Program-made: the position numbers and the translations under genes
In this document: one piece after another, positions 28,571 through 37,263 of the stretch
How positions within the stretch are numbered: position 1 is the first letter of the stretch
How the letters are laid out: every line of letters starts with the position of its first letter
Virus record (IMG/VR): IMGVR_UViG_3300037010_001286
Span: 1 to 64,000 of that record
Length of the DNA: 64,000 nucleotides
Source: a virus
Strand: one strand, 5' to 3'
Notes under the pieces: model-generated
Databases searched by the model: none
The model's input: the letters and a program-made list of their open reading frames with translations, nothing else
What the model was told of the DNA's origin: nothing

Positions 28571-29126
28571 CTTCGACCTCAAAATAATCTTTCATGTGGA
28601 GTAGGCAGGTAGTTATAATACGTTTAACTTTAGCACGACTAAAACCAACTAACTCACTGATTTTAACTACACTATCCTGTAATATAAAATAATCGTACAG
28701 GATACGATGTTCTAATGGCGTTAAGCTTTCTAAATATGTAGAAAACTCTTCAGCACACTGTAAACGTACTATTTCATCATCTATATCACTTAAACTATGA
28801 TCTACAAACTCTTCTTCTAAGAGACCAGCAGAAGTAAATGAATGCATCTCTCTATTAGATTGAACTGACCCAGGACGCACAGTAGAGCTTCCTTTAGGAC
28901 TATTTCTACCAATATAATCTAAAATAGCACCGGAAACACGTCTATAAGCATACCCCATATAAAAATTATTCTTACTTTCCTCATATTTTTCTCGTGCTTT
29001 AACGTAGGCCAGTAAACCCTCTTGAACTAAATCATCTAGCTCTACATAGTAGTTAGAACGAAGAAAATACTTATAAGCAATCTTCTCTACAAATTCATAG
29101 TCTTTCTTTGGAATTTCTTCTATCAC
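28563..29126 (-). CDS. RNA polymerase sigma factor, FliA/WhiG-like
   Basis: DDLVQEGLLAYVKAREKY...YAYRRVSGAILDY (region 2); LTPLEHRIL...ISELVGFSRAKV (region 4). Confidence 0.88.
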   Translation of the reverse strand: MIEEIPKKDYEFVEKIAYKYFLRSNYYVELDDLVQEGLLAYVKAREKYEESKNNFYMGYAYRRVSGAILDYIGRNSPKGSSTVRPGSVQSNREMHSFTSAGLLEEEFVDHSLSDIDDEIVRLQCAEEFSTYLESLTPLEHRILYDYFILQDSVVKISELVGFSRAKVKRIITTCLLHMKDYFEVEDG

Positions 29127-30808
29127 TTTAGACCCCTTTGAGAGTTAATTGAAGTTAAGCTAGTAACCCCTTTATCTTTTGTAAAAGTAATAACTGTATC
29201 AAACATATTTATAGGCAGTTCTTCATGGTGTGTTATTACATATACAGCCTTATTCTCACGTATAATCTCTAAGAACTTAGTAACCATACTAATACCCTCA
29301 TCATCTAATACTCCAAACAGCTCGTCAATTACTAAGTAATTAGTAGAAATACCTGTTACTTGCTCTAAAGTAAACAAGGTTGTAATTAGAAGAACTAGAG
29401 AAACTCTAGTACGCTCTCCCGCAGATAAATCATTAAATCCTTTTAAGATACCTCTATCATAAAATTCATATTCTAACTTACCATTTTTAACAGATACTTT
29501 AATGTCGATTGTAAAATCAGTTTTATCTATTAGGTCTTTAAGCACAGTAACGAATACTTTTCTAAATTTATTAAGATACTCATTAGTAAGTGTTCCATTT
29601 TTTATAAAAAGTAAACACTCCTCAACTAATGCAAGTTTCTTATCTAAAGCATCCATGTCTGAAACAATATCACTTAATTCTTTTTCAATTTCATCCCGTT
29701 GTTTAACAATCTTGTCATATGCAGAGTTCTGCTCTGCAACTACCAGTAATTTTGATTTTAAAATGTTAATTTTTCCTAAAATAGCAGCCTCATCATCAGC
29801 CAAACTTTGTTTTACTCTAGTACACTCATCGTCTAAGGTAGATATAGTAGAGGTAAGATTACTAATGAAATTTTCTTTTGTACTTTTTTCCTCTATTAAT
29901 TTGGATAAATCAAGATTTAAAGTATCTTTATCAAGAGTCCCAACTGCCCCACAAGTAGGACAAATATTAGAAGAATTAATTAGCCTCTCTAACTCAACTA
30001 TCTTATAGTTTATAAGAGATAACTCAGTATTTAAAGCACTACGCTCCTCTTTGAGTCCTACTATTTTAAGTCTCGTAGCCTCTACTCCAGCATGTTTAGG
30101 GCTACGAGTGACTGCTAAAAGAGACTTAGTTAGAGTATTAATATTTTCTTCTATTACTGTAACATTTACTTTCTGAAATGAACTAAGTAAGGAGATATTT
30201 TTCTCACAATTTCTCATCTTAGTTATTAGAATAACTCTAAGATTTTTAAGTTCTTTTCGCTCCTCTTTTAATATAGCCTCAGATTGCTGAATAGAGGCTA
30301 TATTAAAAAATTGAAAAAGTATATTATCCTTATTTGTAGTATCCAAAATTGCTTGGAGGGTACTTTGACTAATATAAGTCAAAGCAGAAAATGTATCAAA
30401 GTCTAACCCAAGTATATCTTTAATTTGTTTAAGTTGATTTGGAATACCTTTTACTGAAATATCTACTCCATTTTTAAGTACGGTAATTTTATTAGTATTT
30501 CTGTCATTTGTAACTGTATAGTTATCTTTTTCATTGAGAGTAAAATCTAAGCTAATACTATATGGTTTTCCAGTAATAGAATTATTTACACTCTCAATAG
30601 TACCTTTAGGGTTTTTAATATTCTTGTTAAATAGCCCTTGGTAAATACTAGAAAAGGTAGCAGTCTTTCCTGAGCCATTAGAACTCTTAAAAGAACTTTC
30701 AATATCATTATTGATACCTATAATATAATGAAGCCCCTTCTCTACAGGTAAAGTAATACTACCAACTGAGAAGAAATTATTTACACTTATCTTTTTAATC
30801 TCTAACAT
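29123..30808 (-). CDS. sbcC: SbcC/Rad50-like recombination ATPase
   Basis: NGSGKT, CPTCG hook, LSAGE, IDE, ITH. Confidence 0.93.
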   Translation of the reverse strand: MLEIKKISVNNFFSVGSITLPVEKGLHYIIGINNDIESSFKSSNGSGKTATFSSIYQGLFNKNIKNPKGTIESVNNSITGKPYSISLDFTLNEKDNYTVTNDRNTNKITVLKNGVDISVKGIPNQLKQIKDILGLDFDTFSALTYISQSTLQAILDTTNKDNILFQFFNIASIQQSEAILKEERKELKNLRVILITKMRNCEKNISLLSSFQKVNVTVIEENINTLTKSLLAVTRSPKHAGVEATRLKIVGLKEERSALNTELSLINYKIVELERLINSSNICPTCGAVGTLDKDTLNLDLSKLIEEKSTKENFISNLTSTISTLDDECTRVKQSLADDEAAILGKINILKSKLLVVAEQNSAYDKIVKQRDEIEKELSDIVSDMDALDKKLALVEECLLFIKNGTLTNEYLNKFRKVFVTVLKDLIDKTDFTIDIKVSVKNGKLEYEFYDRGILKGFNDLSAGERTRVSLVLLITTLFTLEQVTGISTNYLVIDELFGVLDDEGISMVTKFLEIIRENKAVYVITHHEELPINMFDTVITFTKDKGVTSLTSINSQRGLK

Positions 30809-31784
30809 CTTTTAAAACTCCTCTCAAATAATCTTCTAAATCTTGTGATATTGGGTAATTGTTTGTTTTAAGTAGAAGGAGTAAAGTATCTATAACCTCA
30901 GTTTTTTTATGATTATACAAATCTAGTACTAAATCTTCAAATTCCTCAGTATTAGCAATCTCTAGAGGCTTAAACTCAAAATTATCTACTAAAGGGTTCT
31001 TCATTAACTTTGAAGCTACTTCAGTACTAGGACTACTCTGAACAATAACTTTATAAATATGTCTTGAGTCTAAAGATAACCCAGTAAGAACTTCCTCAGC
31101 AGTAGTTGTATGTAATATTTTACAAGGTAAATCTAATCTCTCCCAAGTATATGAAAGCTCTTTATCCAAGTTAATTAAGAAATATCCACAGTCTCTAGGT
31201 AAATCAAAATGTATACTATATGGACTGGATGGGTATGTTACATTTGGAAATGGAGCATAAGAGTGGTGTATATCCCCTACAAAGCAGTGGTTAAATATCT
31301 TAGAAACTTCACCAACATCAATTTCTCCCTTAATAAAAGTACCAAAATTAGCTCTAAAATGAGAGAATAATATACTTTGTCTTTGTGAGCTAATATCTTT
31401 CTTTTTACTAGCAATAGTTTTACATTTTAAATGTGATACAAAGTATAAATCATAATTAGGAATTTTTAATACAACATCCTCCAAGTATGTAAAGCCAACT
31501 GCTGGGATAAAATCAAATACTGTCTTATGGTCTGATAAATTTTCGTGGTTACCTGAAATTACCCATACAATTTTTTCAGCATCTCTTAGAATTTGTATGC
31601 CCTCATAAAATACTTTTAATTCCTCTAAGGATACCTTAGCAGTATCAAAAGTATCTCCACCTAAAATAATGTGAGATGCTGGACATTCTGATAGTAAAGT
31701 AAAAAGTTGAAGAAAGCGATTAGAAGCCCAGGTAGGGCTATGACGTAAGCTTAGGTGAATGTCACTAACAAAAGCCACCTGCAT
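30795..31784 (-). CDS. sbcD: SbcD/Mre11-like nuclease
   Basis: SDIH, GGDTFD, GNHE, GDIH. Confidence 0.93.
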   Translation of the reverse strand: MQVAFVSDIHLSLRHSPTWASNRFLQLFTLLSECPASHIILGGDTFDTAKVSLEELKVFYEGIQILRDAEKIVWVISGNHENLSDHKTVFDFIPAVGFTYLEDVVLKIPNYDLYFVSHLKCKTIASKKKDISSQRQSILFSHFRANFGTFIKGEIDVGEVSKIFNHCFVGDIHHSYAPFPNVTYPSSPYSIHFDLPRDCGYFLINLDKELSYTWERLDLPCKILHTTTAEEVLTGLSLDSRHIYKVIVQSSPSTEVASKLMKNPLVDNFEFKPLEIANTEEFEDLVLDLYNHKKTEVIDTLLLLLKTNNYPISQDLEDYLRGVLKDVRD

Positions 31785-32011
31785 TAAAGAGCCTCTAAGT
31801 AGGAAATAACGTCCTTACCACACTTTAGAGTTGGTAAAACTGAGTCAGGGATAGCAATATCATATAGCTCTTCAATACCCATAACTGCTGATAATAAGTC
31901 TAAAGAGTCTACACGATAAGAAGATAGAGGTACGTAAATGCTAAAATCTCTTGGGTGGACATGAGCCACCCTAGTTAGTTCTGCTATTACATCATCAACA
32001 TTTATTACCAT
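31784..32011 (-). CDS. acpP: Acyl carrier protein
   Basis: 75 aa, acidic, VDSLDLLSAVMGIEELYDIAIPD with phosphopantetheine Ser motif. Confidence 0.85.
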   Translation of the reverse strand: MVINVDDVIAELTRVAHVHPRDFSIYVPLSSYRVDSLDLLSAVMGIEELYDIAIPDSVLPTLKCGKDVISYLEAL

Positions 32012-32020
32012 TATAAATCC

Positions 32021-32821
32021 TTAAAATTGAATATCATCCTCATCAATATCAATCTGAGGTAGACCATCAGTAGTAGGGGTAGTACCATTACTACCTCCAG
32101 CGTTTGTAGCCTCAATCCATTTATTAAATTTCTTAATAGCATCAGAAGTTACTGCAACGTGTTTTGCAATCTCAGCAGCGTCACGAGGGACTGCCTTCTT
32201 AATATCAAAGCAGAAAGCTGGTTGGAAGTTTGTAGGAACTTTAATACTGCCAACCTCAAAATTCCACTTGAGAACTGGAGTATCTATATTAAGATTATCA
32301 CAAGCTTCTCCAAATTTATGGTAACTAGTACCATGTAGATAATGTAGGTAAGGAGCATACGAACCATCTTTTTGTTTAACCATCAATAACAAGATGTTAT
32401 TAAATGTAACTTTTTTACCTTCATCTTTAAGCTGTTTAATAGTTTTCTTTGACTTCTTATCTATCATACTTGGAGCATCATAAGGTGAGAAGTAAATGTC
32501 AGTAATAATTGTTGTACTAAATGTAGCTACATCATAGTGACTTGATTGGTACACAGAACCTGCAACAAAAAACTCAAGGGTACTACCTAAATCTTCCCCT
32601 TTCTCTTTAACAGTAAGAGTTTTTTTATCAATCACCCAACCACTAATAAAGTTACCTTTTTTAACACCAGCATCAACCAGTACATCCTCTTTATCATAAT
32701 TCATTTTAAGAATAGGGAAAGGCATACCGCCCGACGCAGCACCCCCTGATACTTTTGCCATTGTTTTTGCAGTTTCTGCATCAAACCCCATTGCGATTAG
32801 TTCTTCGTAAGTGTAATTCAT
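32021..32821 (-). CDS. Putative single-stranded DNA-binding protein
   Basis: Acidic-Phe tail LPQIDIDEDDIQF, own strong promoter, recombination cluster context. Confidence 0.6.
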   Translation of the reverse strand: MNYTYEELIAMGFDAETAKTMAKVSGGAASGGMPFPILKMNYDKEDVLVDAGVKKGNFISGWVIDKKTLTVKEKGEDLGSTLEFFVAGSVYQSSHYDVATFSTTIITDIYFSPYDAPSMIDKKSKKTIKQLKDEGKKVTFNNILLLMVKQKDGSYAPYLHYLHGTSYHKFGEACDNLNIDTPVLKWNFEVGSIKVPTNFQPAFCFDIKKAVPRDAAEIAKHVAVTSDAIKKFNKWIEATNAGGSNGTTPTTDGLPQIDIDEDDIQF

Positions 32822-32878
32822 GTTTCGGCCTTTATGTCAGTTTTTTAGAGTTACACGATTAGGTGTTCGTCTATAAGT

Positions 32879-32907
32879 ATTGTACTAGAAATAGAAAGTA
32901 ATGTCAA
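32879..32907 (-). promoter_or_regulatory. sigma70 promoter for SSB-ACP-SbcDC-sigma operon
   Basis: TTGACA-17bp-TACAAT on minus strand. Confidence 0.85.
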
Positions 32908-32959
32908 TAGATTATGAAAAGAATTTTGAAGAACTTGCAGGAAACCTGCAAGAATTTAA

Positions 32960-33559
32960 TTATGCTTCAGGGGTGGTAGTGTTAGTAGAAGGAGCTGTAG
33001 GCTCTACAGGAGGAATAGTATCTTTATCTTCCTCCCAATTAAAGAATTTTTTTATTTCCTCTGCTAAAACTTCTACTTCAGATAAAAGCTCAGATACACC
33101 TTCAGGATTTTCTAATATATAATCAAAAGACTCATAAGTATCTAAAATAGTCTCAGACGTGTGTTCATCAATACCTAAGGGAACACTTGGACGAACAATA
33201 CGAACTTTGAAAGAGCCTGGAAAAATCTCCTCAATAAATCTCCAGTCAGGGATAATTACAAAGTAGTTAGCTGGAAGATCTTCAATCTTTTTTAGAAGTA
33301 GGTCATACCATACAGTATCCCCAAAAATAGGCTTCATTGCTTCAGTACCAAGACGTTGTAACATAACTCTATATTCATTATCATTATTTTTACGAATATC
33401 TAGTTCTTCTAAAGTAATACCTAAGGTCTCTGCTAAAATTTGTTTTAGAGGCTCAGCAAAACTAAGTATAGTAGCATAAGGAAGCTTATCTTTTAATAGA
33501 CGAGCAACTGTGTCTTTTCCATGTCGTTTTTTACCTGATAATTGAATAATATGTGCCAT
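32960..33559 (-). CDS. Deoxynucleoside monophosphate kinase
   Basis: SGKKRHGKDT, SFAEPLK, LQRLGTE, PDWRF, HTSE. Confidence 0.9.
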   Translation of the reverse strand: MAHIIQLSGKKRHGKDTVARLLKDKLPYATILSFAEPLKQILAETLGITLEELDIRKNNDNEYRVMLQRLGTEAMKPIFGDTVWYDLLLKKIEDLPANYFVIIPDWRFIEEIFPGSFKVRIVRPSVPLGIDEHTSETILDTYESFDYILENPEGVSELLSEVEVLAEEIKKFFNWEEDKDTIPPVEPTAPSTNTTTPEA

Positions 33560-33736
33560 TAATAACATCCTTCTACACAACTAAGTGTATATAATTTAAT
33601 TAGAACTAAAATAAAAGCAAACATTAAAGCTAACCCAACACCATTATTAACCTCAAAGGTACCATCAAGCCAGTCAGTAATACGTGTATATTTTAGGAAA
33701 ATCTTATCTCCTAAATTCTTTAGATATTTTTTCATA

Positions 33737-34648
33737 TTAATCCTTCATTTTAAAAAATAATTTATCTACGGGAGATAAAGGACAAACCTTACTATACTCC
33801 TGTAAGAGTGTCATAGAAAACTCATCATAAGAGTTGCCTAAAGGTCTAGTAGAGAACTTTACCAAGAACTCTTTCTGTTCTTCTTCAGATAGATCAGCTA
33901 AGGTTACAGGCTTAAATAGCTTGTAGTTTAGCTCTATCATATCATCATAACTAACAGACTCATCAGGAAGGCATATACCATTAGAGTTAGAGTCAAGAAG
34001 TCCTCTAATCTTAAATTTAAGGGTATTAAAGTCAGAATACTTAGGGTAAAGTCTAATAAAACTCTTAACCCCAAACTTGTGAAGTCCTTTTACATTTTCT
34101 TTAGCAGACCCTGCAAATACCTGTAGATAAAATACCCCTAAAGGGTCTACCTCATATTCCTCTACACAATTTTTAGAAGTAATAAAACGATTACGTTTTA
34201 CATTTAGCATTCTAATATTATCAGCAAATAGAAAACTAGCCCAGTCTTTATCTGAACTCAATAGAGTTACTGTGGTATCAGTATTAGCAAATCTACTAGC
34301 AATTATTGAGCCAACGTCATCTGCCTCAATACCACTAATATCAATAACATTACCAAAATAAGAAAGCCAAGGTATAGAATTTCGATATTCTTGTTCAAAT
34401 ATACGCTTTCTTTCTTGCTCTTGGGGAGTAGCTTTCTTATCATTCTCTTTTCTATGAGATTTATATGCTGGATATATTAGGGAGCGTTTTGTTTTACCTA
34501 TATCAACTGCAAATACAATTTTAGAGGGTTTTACATTATTACTTCTACATATTCGGGAAATCTCAGAAAAAACACCTAGTAGTGGTCTATGATTGTGGTG
34601 TTGATTAAAACACATCAATTTATAGTCTATAACTAAAATTTCAGCCAC
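33737..34648 (-). CDS. 5'-3' exonuclease/flap endonuclease
   Basis: YPAYKSHR, GIEADDV, SSDKDW. Confidence 0.9.
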   Translation of the reverse strand: MAEILVIDYKLMCFNQHHNHRPLLGVFSEISRICRSNNVKPSKIVFAVDIGKTKRSLIYPAYKSHRKENDKKATPQEQERKRIFEQEYRNSIPWLSYFGNVIDISGIEADDVGSIIASRFANTDTTVTLLSSDKDWASFLFADNIRMLNVKRNRFITSKNCVEEYEVDPLGVFYLQVFAGSAKENVKGLHKFGVKSFIRLYPKYSDFNTLKFKIRGLLDSNSNGICLPDESVSYDDMIELNYKLFKPVTLADLSEEEQKEFLVKFSTRPLGNSYDEFSMTLLQEYSKVCPLSPVDKLFFKMKD

Positions 34649-34688
34649 TGTGTCCTCCTTAAAGTTGAAAAAGCATTATATAACCTAT

Positions 34689-34763
34689 AATCTTAAAGAA
34701 AACTGAAAGCCTATTTTACGAGGTTTCTTAGAGGTGTCCCAAGACCTATTATTGTATTACCCT
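34689..34763 (-). repeat. 75-bp dispersed repeat, copy B
   Basis: Inverted copy of 11065-11139, upstream of a TATAAT on minus strand. Confidence 0.9.
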
Positions 34764-34840
34764 CTAAGAACTTTAGAGAAATTTTCCTATAACTTTAAGG
34801 TTACTTTTAAGAAACTTTTTGTACAATATTACTTCTAAAT

Positions 34841-34978
34841 ACGATTATATATATGAAGATATTGTAGTGCCGTCCCAGGTACTTGTTAAACAATAGAGCC
34901 TTCTTTTGAAGGCACTACAATATGTTTATCTAGGATTGATAAGTACCTGGGAAGCCTTGTTAATCTTCTTATAATCAT
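34841..34978 (+). promoter_or_regulatory. Late-promoter motif plus structured leader of rep
   Basis: ACGATTATA at 34841; interleaved inverted repeats 34859-34871/34911-34923 and 34873-34889/34936-34952. Confidence 0.65.
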
Positions 34979-35001
34979 AATTAAATCTGAATGGATTAAC
35001 T

Positions 35002-36084
35002 ATGAATGAGAGTAAATTTCTTCTTACTTACTTAGATAAGTATCATAAAATTCAATGTTCAAATATAAAAACAGATAAATATACCTTTAAAAAAGCAGAA
35101 GAGGCACTTGAATTTAACTTTATTAGATTTGGTAACTCTTATTTTATTCCAGCTATTTCAATTGATATTGATTTTAAATCTGATATTTACCGAATAATTT
35201 ATGACAATAACCTACCTGAACCTACTTTCGTAGTTCATACAGACCGTGGAACTCATATTCACTGGTTTTTAGAAGTTCCTATTAGTACAGCTAATAAATT
35301 CCAGTTAAATTATCTTAATAATCTTATTAATTATCTTCAAGGTCTATTTGGTGGTGATAAATATGCAACTACTAGAAGTGCTGGGCGTATTTGGAGAAAT
35401 CCTATTAAGTTCCCTCATATTTTTTCAGGAAATCTTGTATCTTTTTCTGAATTTACCCTCCCAAAAAAAGAAAAAGTCCAACAAATTGACACTCAATATA
35501 CTAGCAGAAATAAGTATAAAAAAATTTTAAATATAGATTTTACTAGTGTTATAGAGGGAACTCGTCACCATACTCTTTTTGAGTATGGACGTGCCTATGC
35601 TTATACTACTGGTATAACTAACCCACATGCAGAGATTGAAGCTAAAAATGCTTTAATGCCAAATCCATTATCAACTATAGAGGTTAAATCAATAGGTAAC
35701 TCTATAGATAAATTTATGACTACAAAATATAAAAAGAGTACATACAATAGCTCTCAAAAAACAGTAGAATTTAATAGAAAGATAGCTAAAGTACAATCTG
35801 ATAAGAAACTTACTGAGATAGTTAATAAAATACTTATAAGTATTTCTCCTATAACTTTAGCAAAAAACCTAACAGCTCGTAAAGCTGCTAAGGTACTTAA
35901 TATAAGTAAAAATACTTGGACAAAATATGCAAAAGTATTGATTAGTTCTATTAAAGAGTCCTTACTAACTATAAAAGCTCCATTAAGATACTTACCAATT
36001 TCTACTAATTTATACGTAGAAAGAAGTATACCTATGTATAATACTATATATTCTAGCAGTATAGTACTAAATAATTCAACATAA
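35002..36084 (+). CDS. ColE2-type plasmid replication initiator (Replicase, PriCT-1, HTH)
   Basis: SIDID, LPEPT, GTHIHWFL, WRNP, GTRHHTLFE, NPLSTIEVKSI, C-terminal HTH TARKAAKVLNISKNT. Confidence 0.8.
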   Translation: MNESKFLLTYLDKYHKIQCSNIKTDKYTFKKAEEALEFNFIRFGNSYFIPAISIDIDFKSDIYRIIYDNNLPEPTFVVHTDRGTHIHWFLEVPISTANKFQLNYLNNLINYLQGLFGGDKYATTRSAGRIWRNPIKFPHIFSGNLVSFSEFTLPKKEKVQQIDTQYTSRNKYKKILNIDFTSVIEGTRHHTLFEYGRAYAYTTGITNPHAEIEAKNALMPNPLSTIEVKSIGNSIDKFMTTKYKKSTYNSSQKTVEFNRKIAKVQSDKKLTEIVNKILISISPITLAKNLTARKAAKVLNISKNTWTKYAKVLISSIKESLLTIKAPLRYLPISTNLYVERSIPMYNTIYSSSIVLNNST

Positions 36085-36131
36085 TCTATACTCAATTGTA
36101 TATAAAATAATTTTAAGGTGGTATCTATAAA

Positions 36132-36605
36132 GTGGTATTTATTGGAATTGACTCTTCTTCTACCAATACAGCAATTGTTGTATTAGATTATAATAGAAAT
36201 TTACTTGAGTTTACTCTTATTTCCCCTACAAATAAAGATTTAAGAGTTAGAGGTGCAGAAACTGTATCTTCAGTCCTATCATTTATTCAAAAATTTTCTA
36301 CAAAAAGCTCTCAGATTGTTATAGAAGCTCCTGCATTTATGGCTAATGGAAAAGTAGCAGATTTAAGTATGATTGTTGGTGGAATTTTTTATGGATTGAT
36401 AGATATAGGATATGATTGTTTATTAATTCCCCCATCACAACATAAAAGTCGTTTTACTGGAAGAGGAAGGATTACAAAAGGTGATACTATACTTTGCCTA
36501 CCTGAGAGTGTTTTAAATAGTTTTAAAGGTACTTATAAGAAACTTGATGATTTAGCAGATGCTTACTCTCTAGCTACATACTTATTACCAGCTACTTCTA
36601 TCTAA
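36132..36605 (+). CDS. ruvC: RuvC-like Holliday junction resolvase
   Basis: IGIDSS, VIEAP, DDLADAYSL. Confidence 0.85.
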   Translation: MVFIGIDSSSTNTAIVVLDYNRNLLEFTLISPTNKDLRVRGAETVSSVLSFIQKFSTKSSQIVIEAPAFMANGKVADLSMIVGGIFYGLIDIGYDCLLIPPSQHKSRFTGRGRITKGDTILCLPESVLNSFKGTYKKLDDLADAYSLATYLLPATSI

Positions 36606-36671
36606 TCTTTTTACTATAAATTACCTTAGAATGATTTGTAACAATTTGTTGGAATAATGGAGTATCTAACT

Positions 36672-36692
36672 TAGAGGGATAATATCCCTCTA
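36672..36692. terminator. Hairpin between convergent operons
   Basis: TAGAGGGATA-a-TATCCCTCTA. Confidence 0.7.
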
Positions 36693-36697
36693 TACTA

Positions 36698-36742
36698 TCA
36701 CTTTTTAGGTTTAGGTGTTTTACCTTTAGGTGCACAGGCCAT
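36698..36742 (-). CDS. 14-aa basic peptide MACAPKGKTPKPKK
   Basis: AGGAG RBS upstream, last ORF before terminator. Confidence 0.5.
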   Translation of the reverse strand: MACAPKGKTPKPKK

Positions 36743-36795
36743 ATACTCTCCTTTACTTTATATTTAATAAAATATATTATATAAATATTTGCTTA

Positions 36796-37263
36796 TTAAT
36801 TTATAGCAAAAAAGCTACCTCTTTTATCTTTGAACCACATTGCAAAAGCCATAAAATCAGGTGTTGTTATAGGCATTTTTGTACCATTACTAAATCTAAT
36901 TATGGTATTTATAGTGGTATCTGTCAATGTATTTGTGAGTGTTGCAGCTATATAACCTACCGTTAGTGCAGTAATAGTAGACTGTGCATCTTCATCTAGT
37001 GGTACTTGGTATGTTACTCCGTTAAGAGTATAAGGTAATCCTATAGCTTTTAACTGTGATGAGGTTAGCTCAACAGGAGGTTTAGCAACCCATTTATTTC
37101 CATCAAATATATAATCATCAGATGGTTTATCAGGAATTAAAACATAATCAGTATTGGGTCCAATAACTACTTCAGTAAGTTCTTGTGTATCCTCATCAAA
37201 TACACTCTCTATCAGATTCGGTTGAGTTAGTGCAAAGTTTCCAGTTTTTTCATTATAGTACAT
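36796..37263 (-). CDS. Tail fibre assembly/chaperone-like protein
   Basis: PDKPSDDYIFDGNKWV; follows fibre gene. Confidence 0.6.
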   Translation of the reverse strand: MYYNEKTGNFALTQPNLIESVFDEDTQELTEVVIGPNTDYVLIPDKPSDDYIFDGNKWVAKPPVELTSSQLKAIGLPYTLNGVTYQVPLDEDAQSTITALTVGYIAATLTNTLTDTTINTIIRFSNGTKMPITTPDFMAFAMWFKDKRGSFFAIN

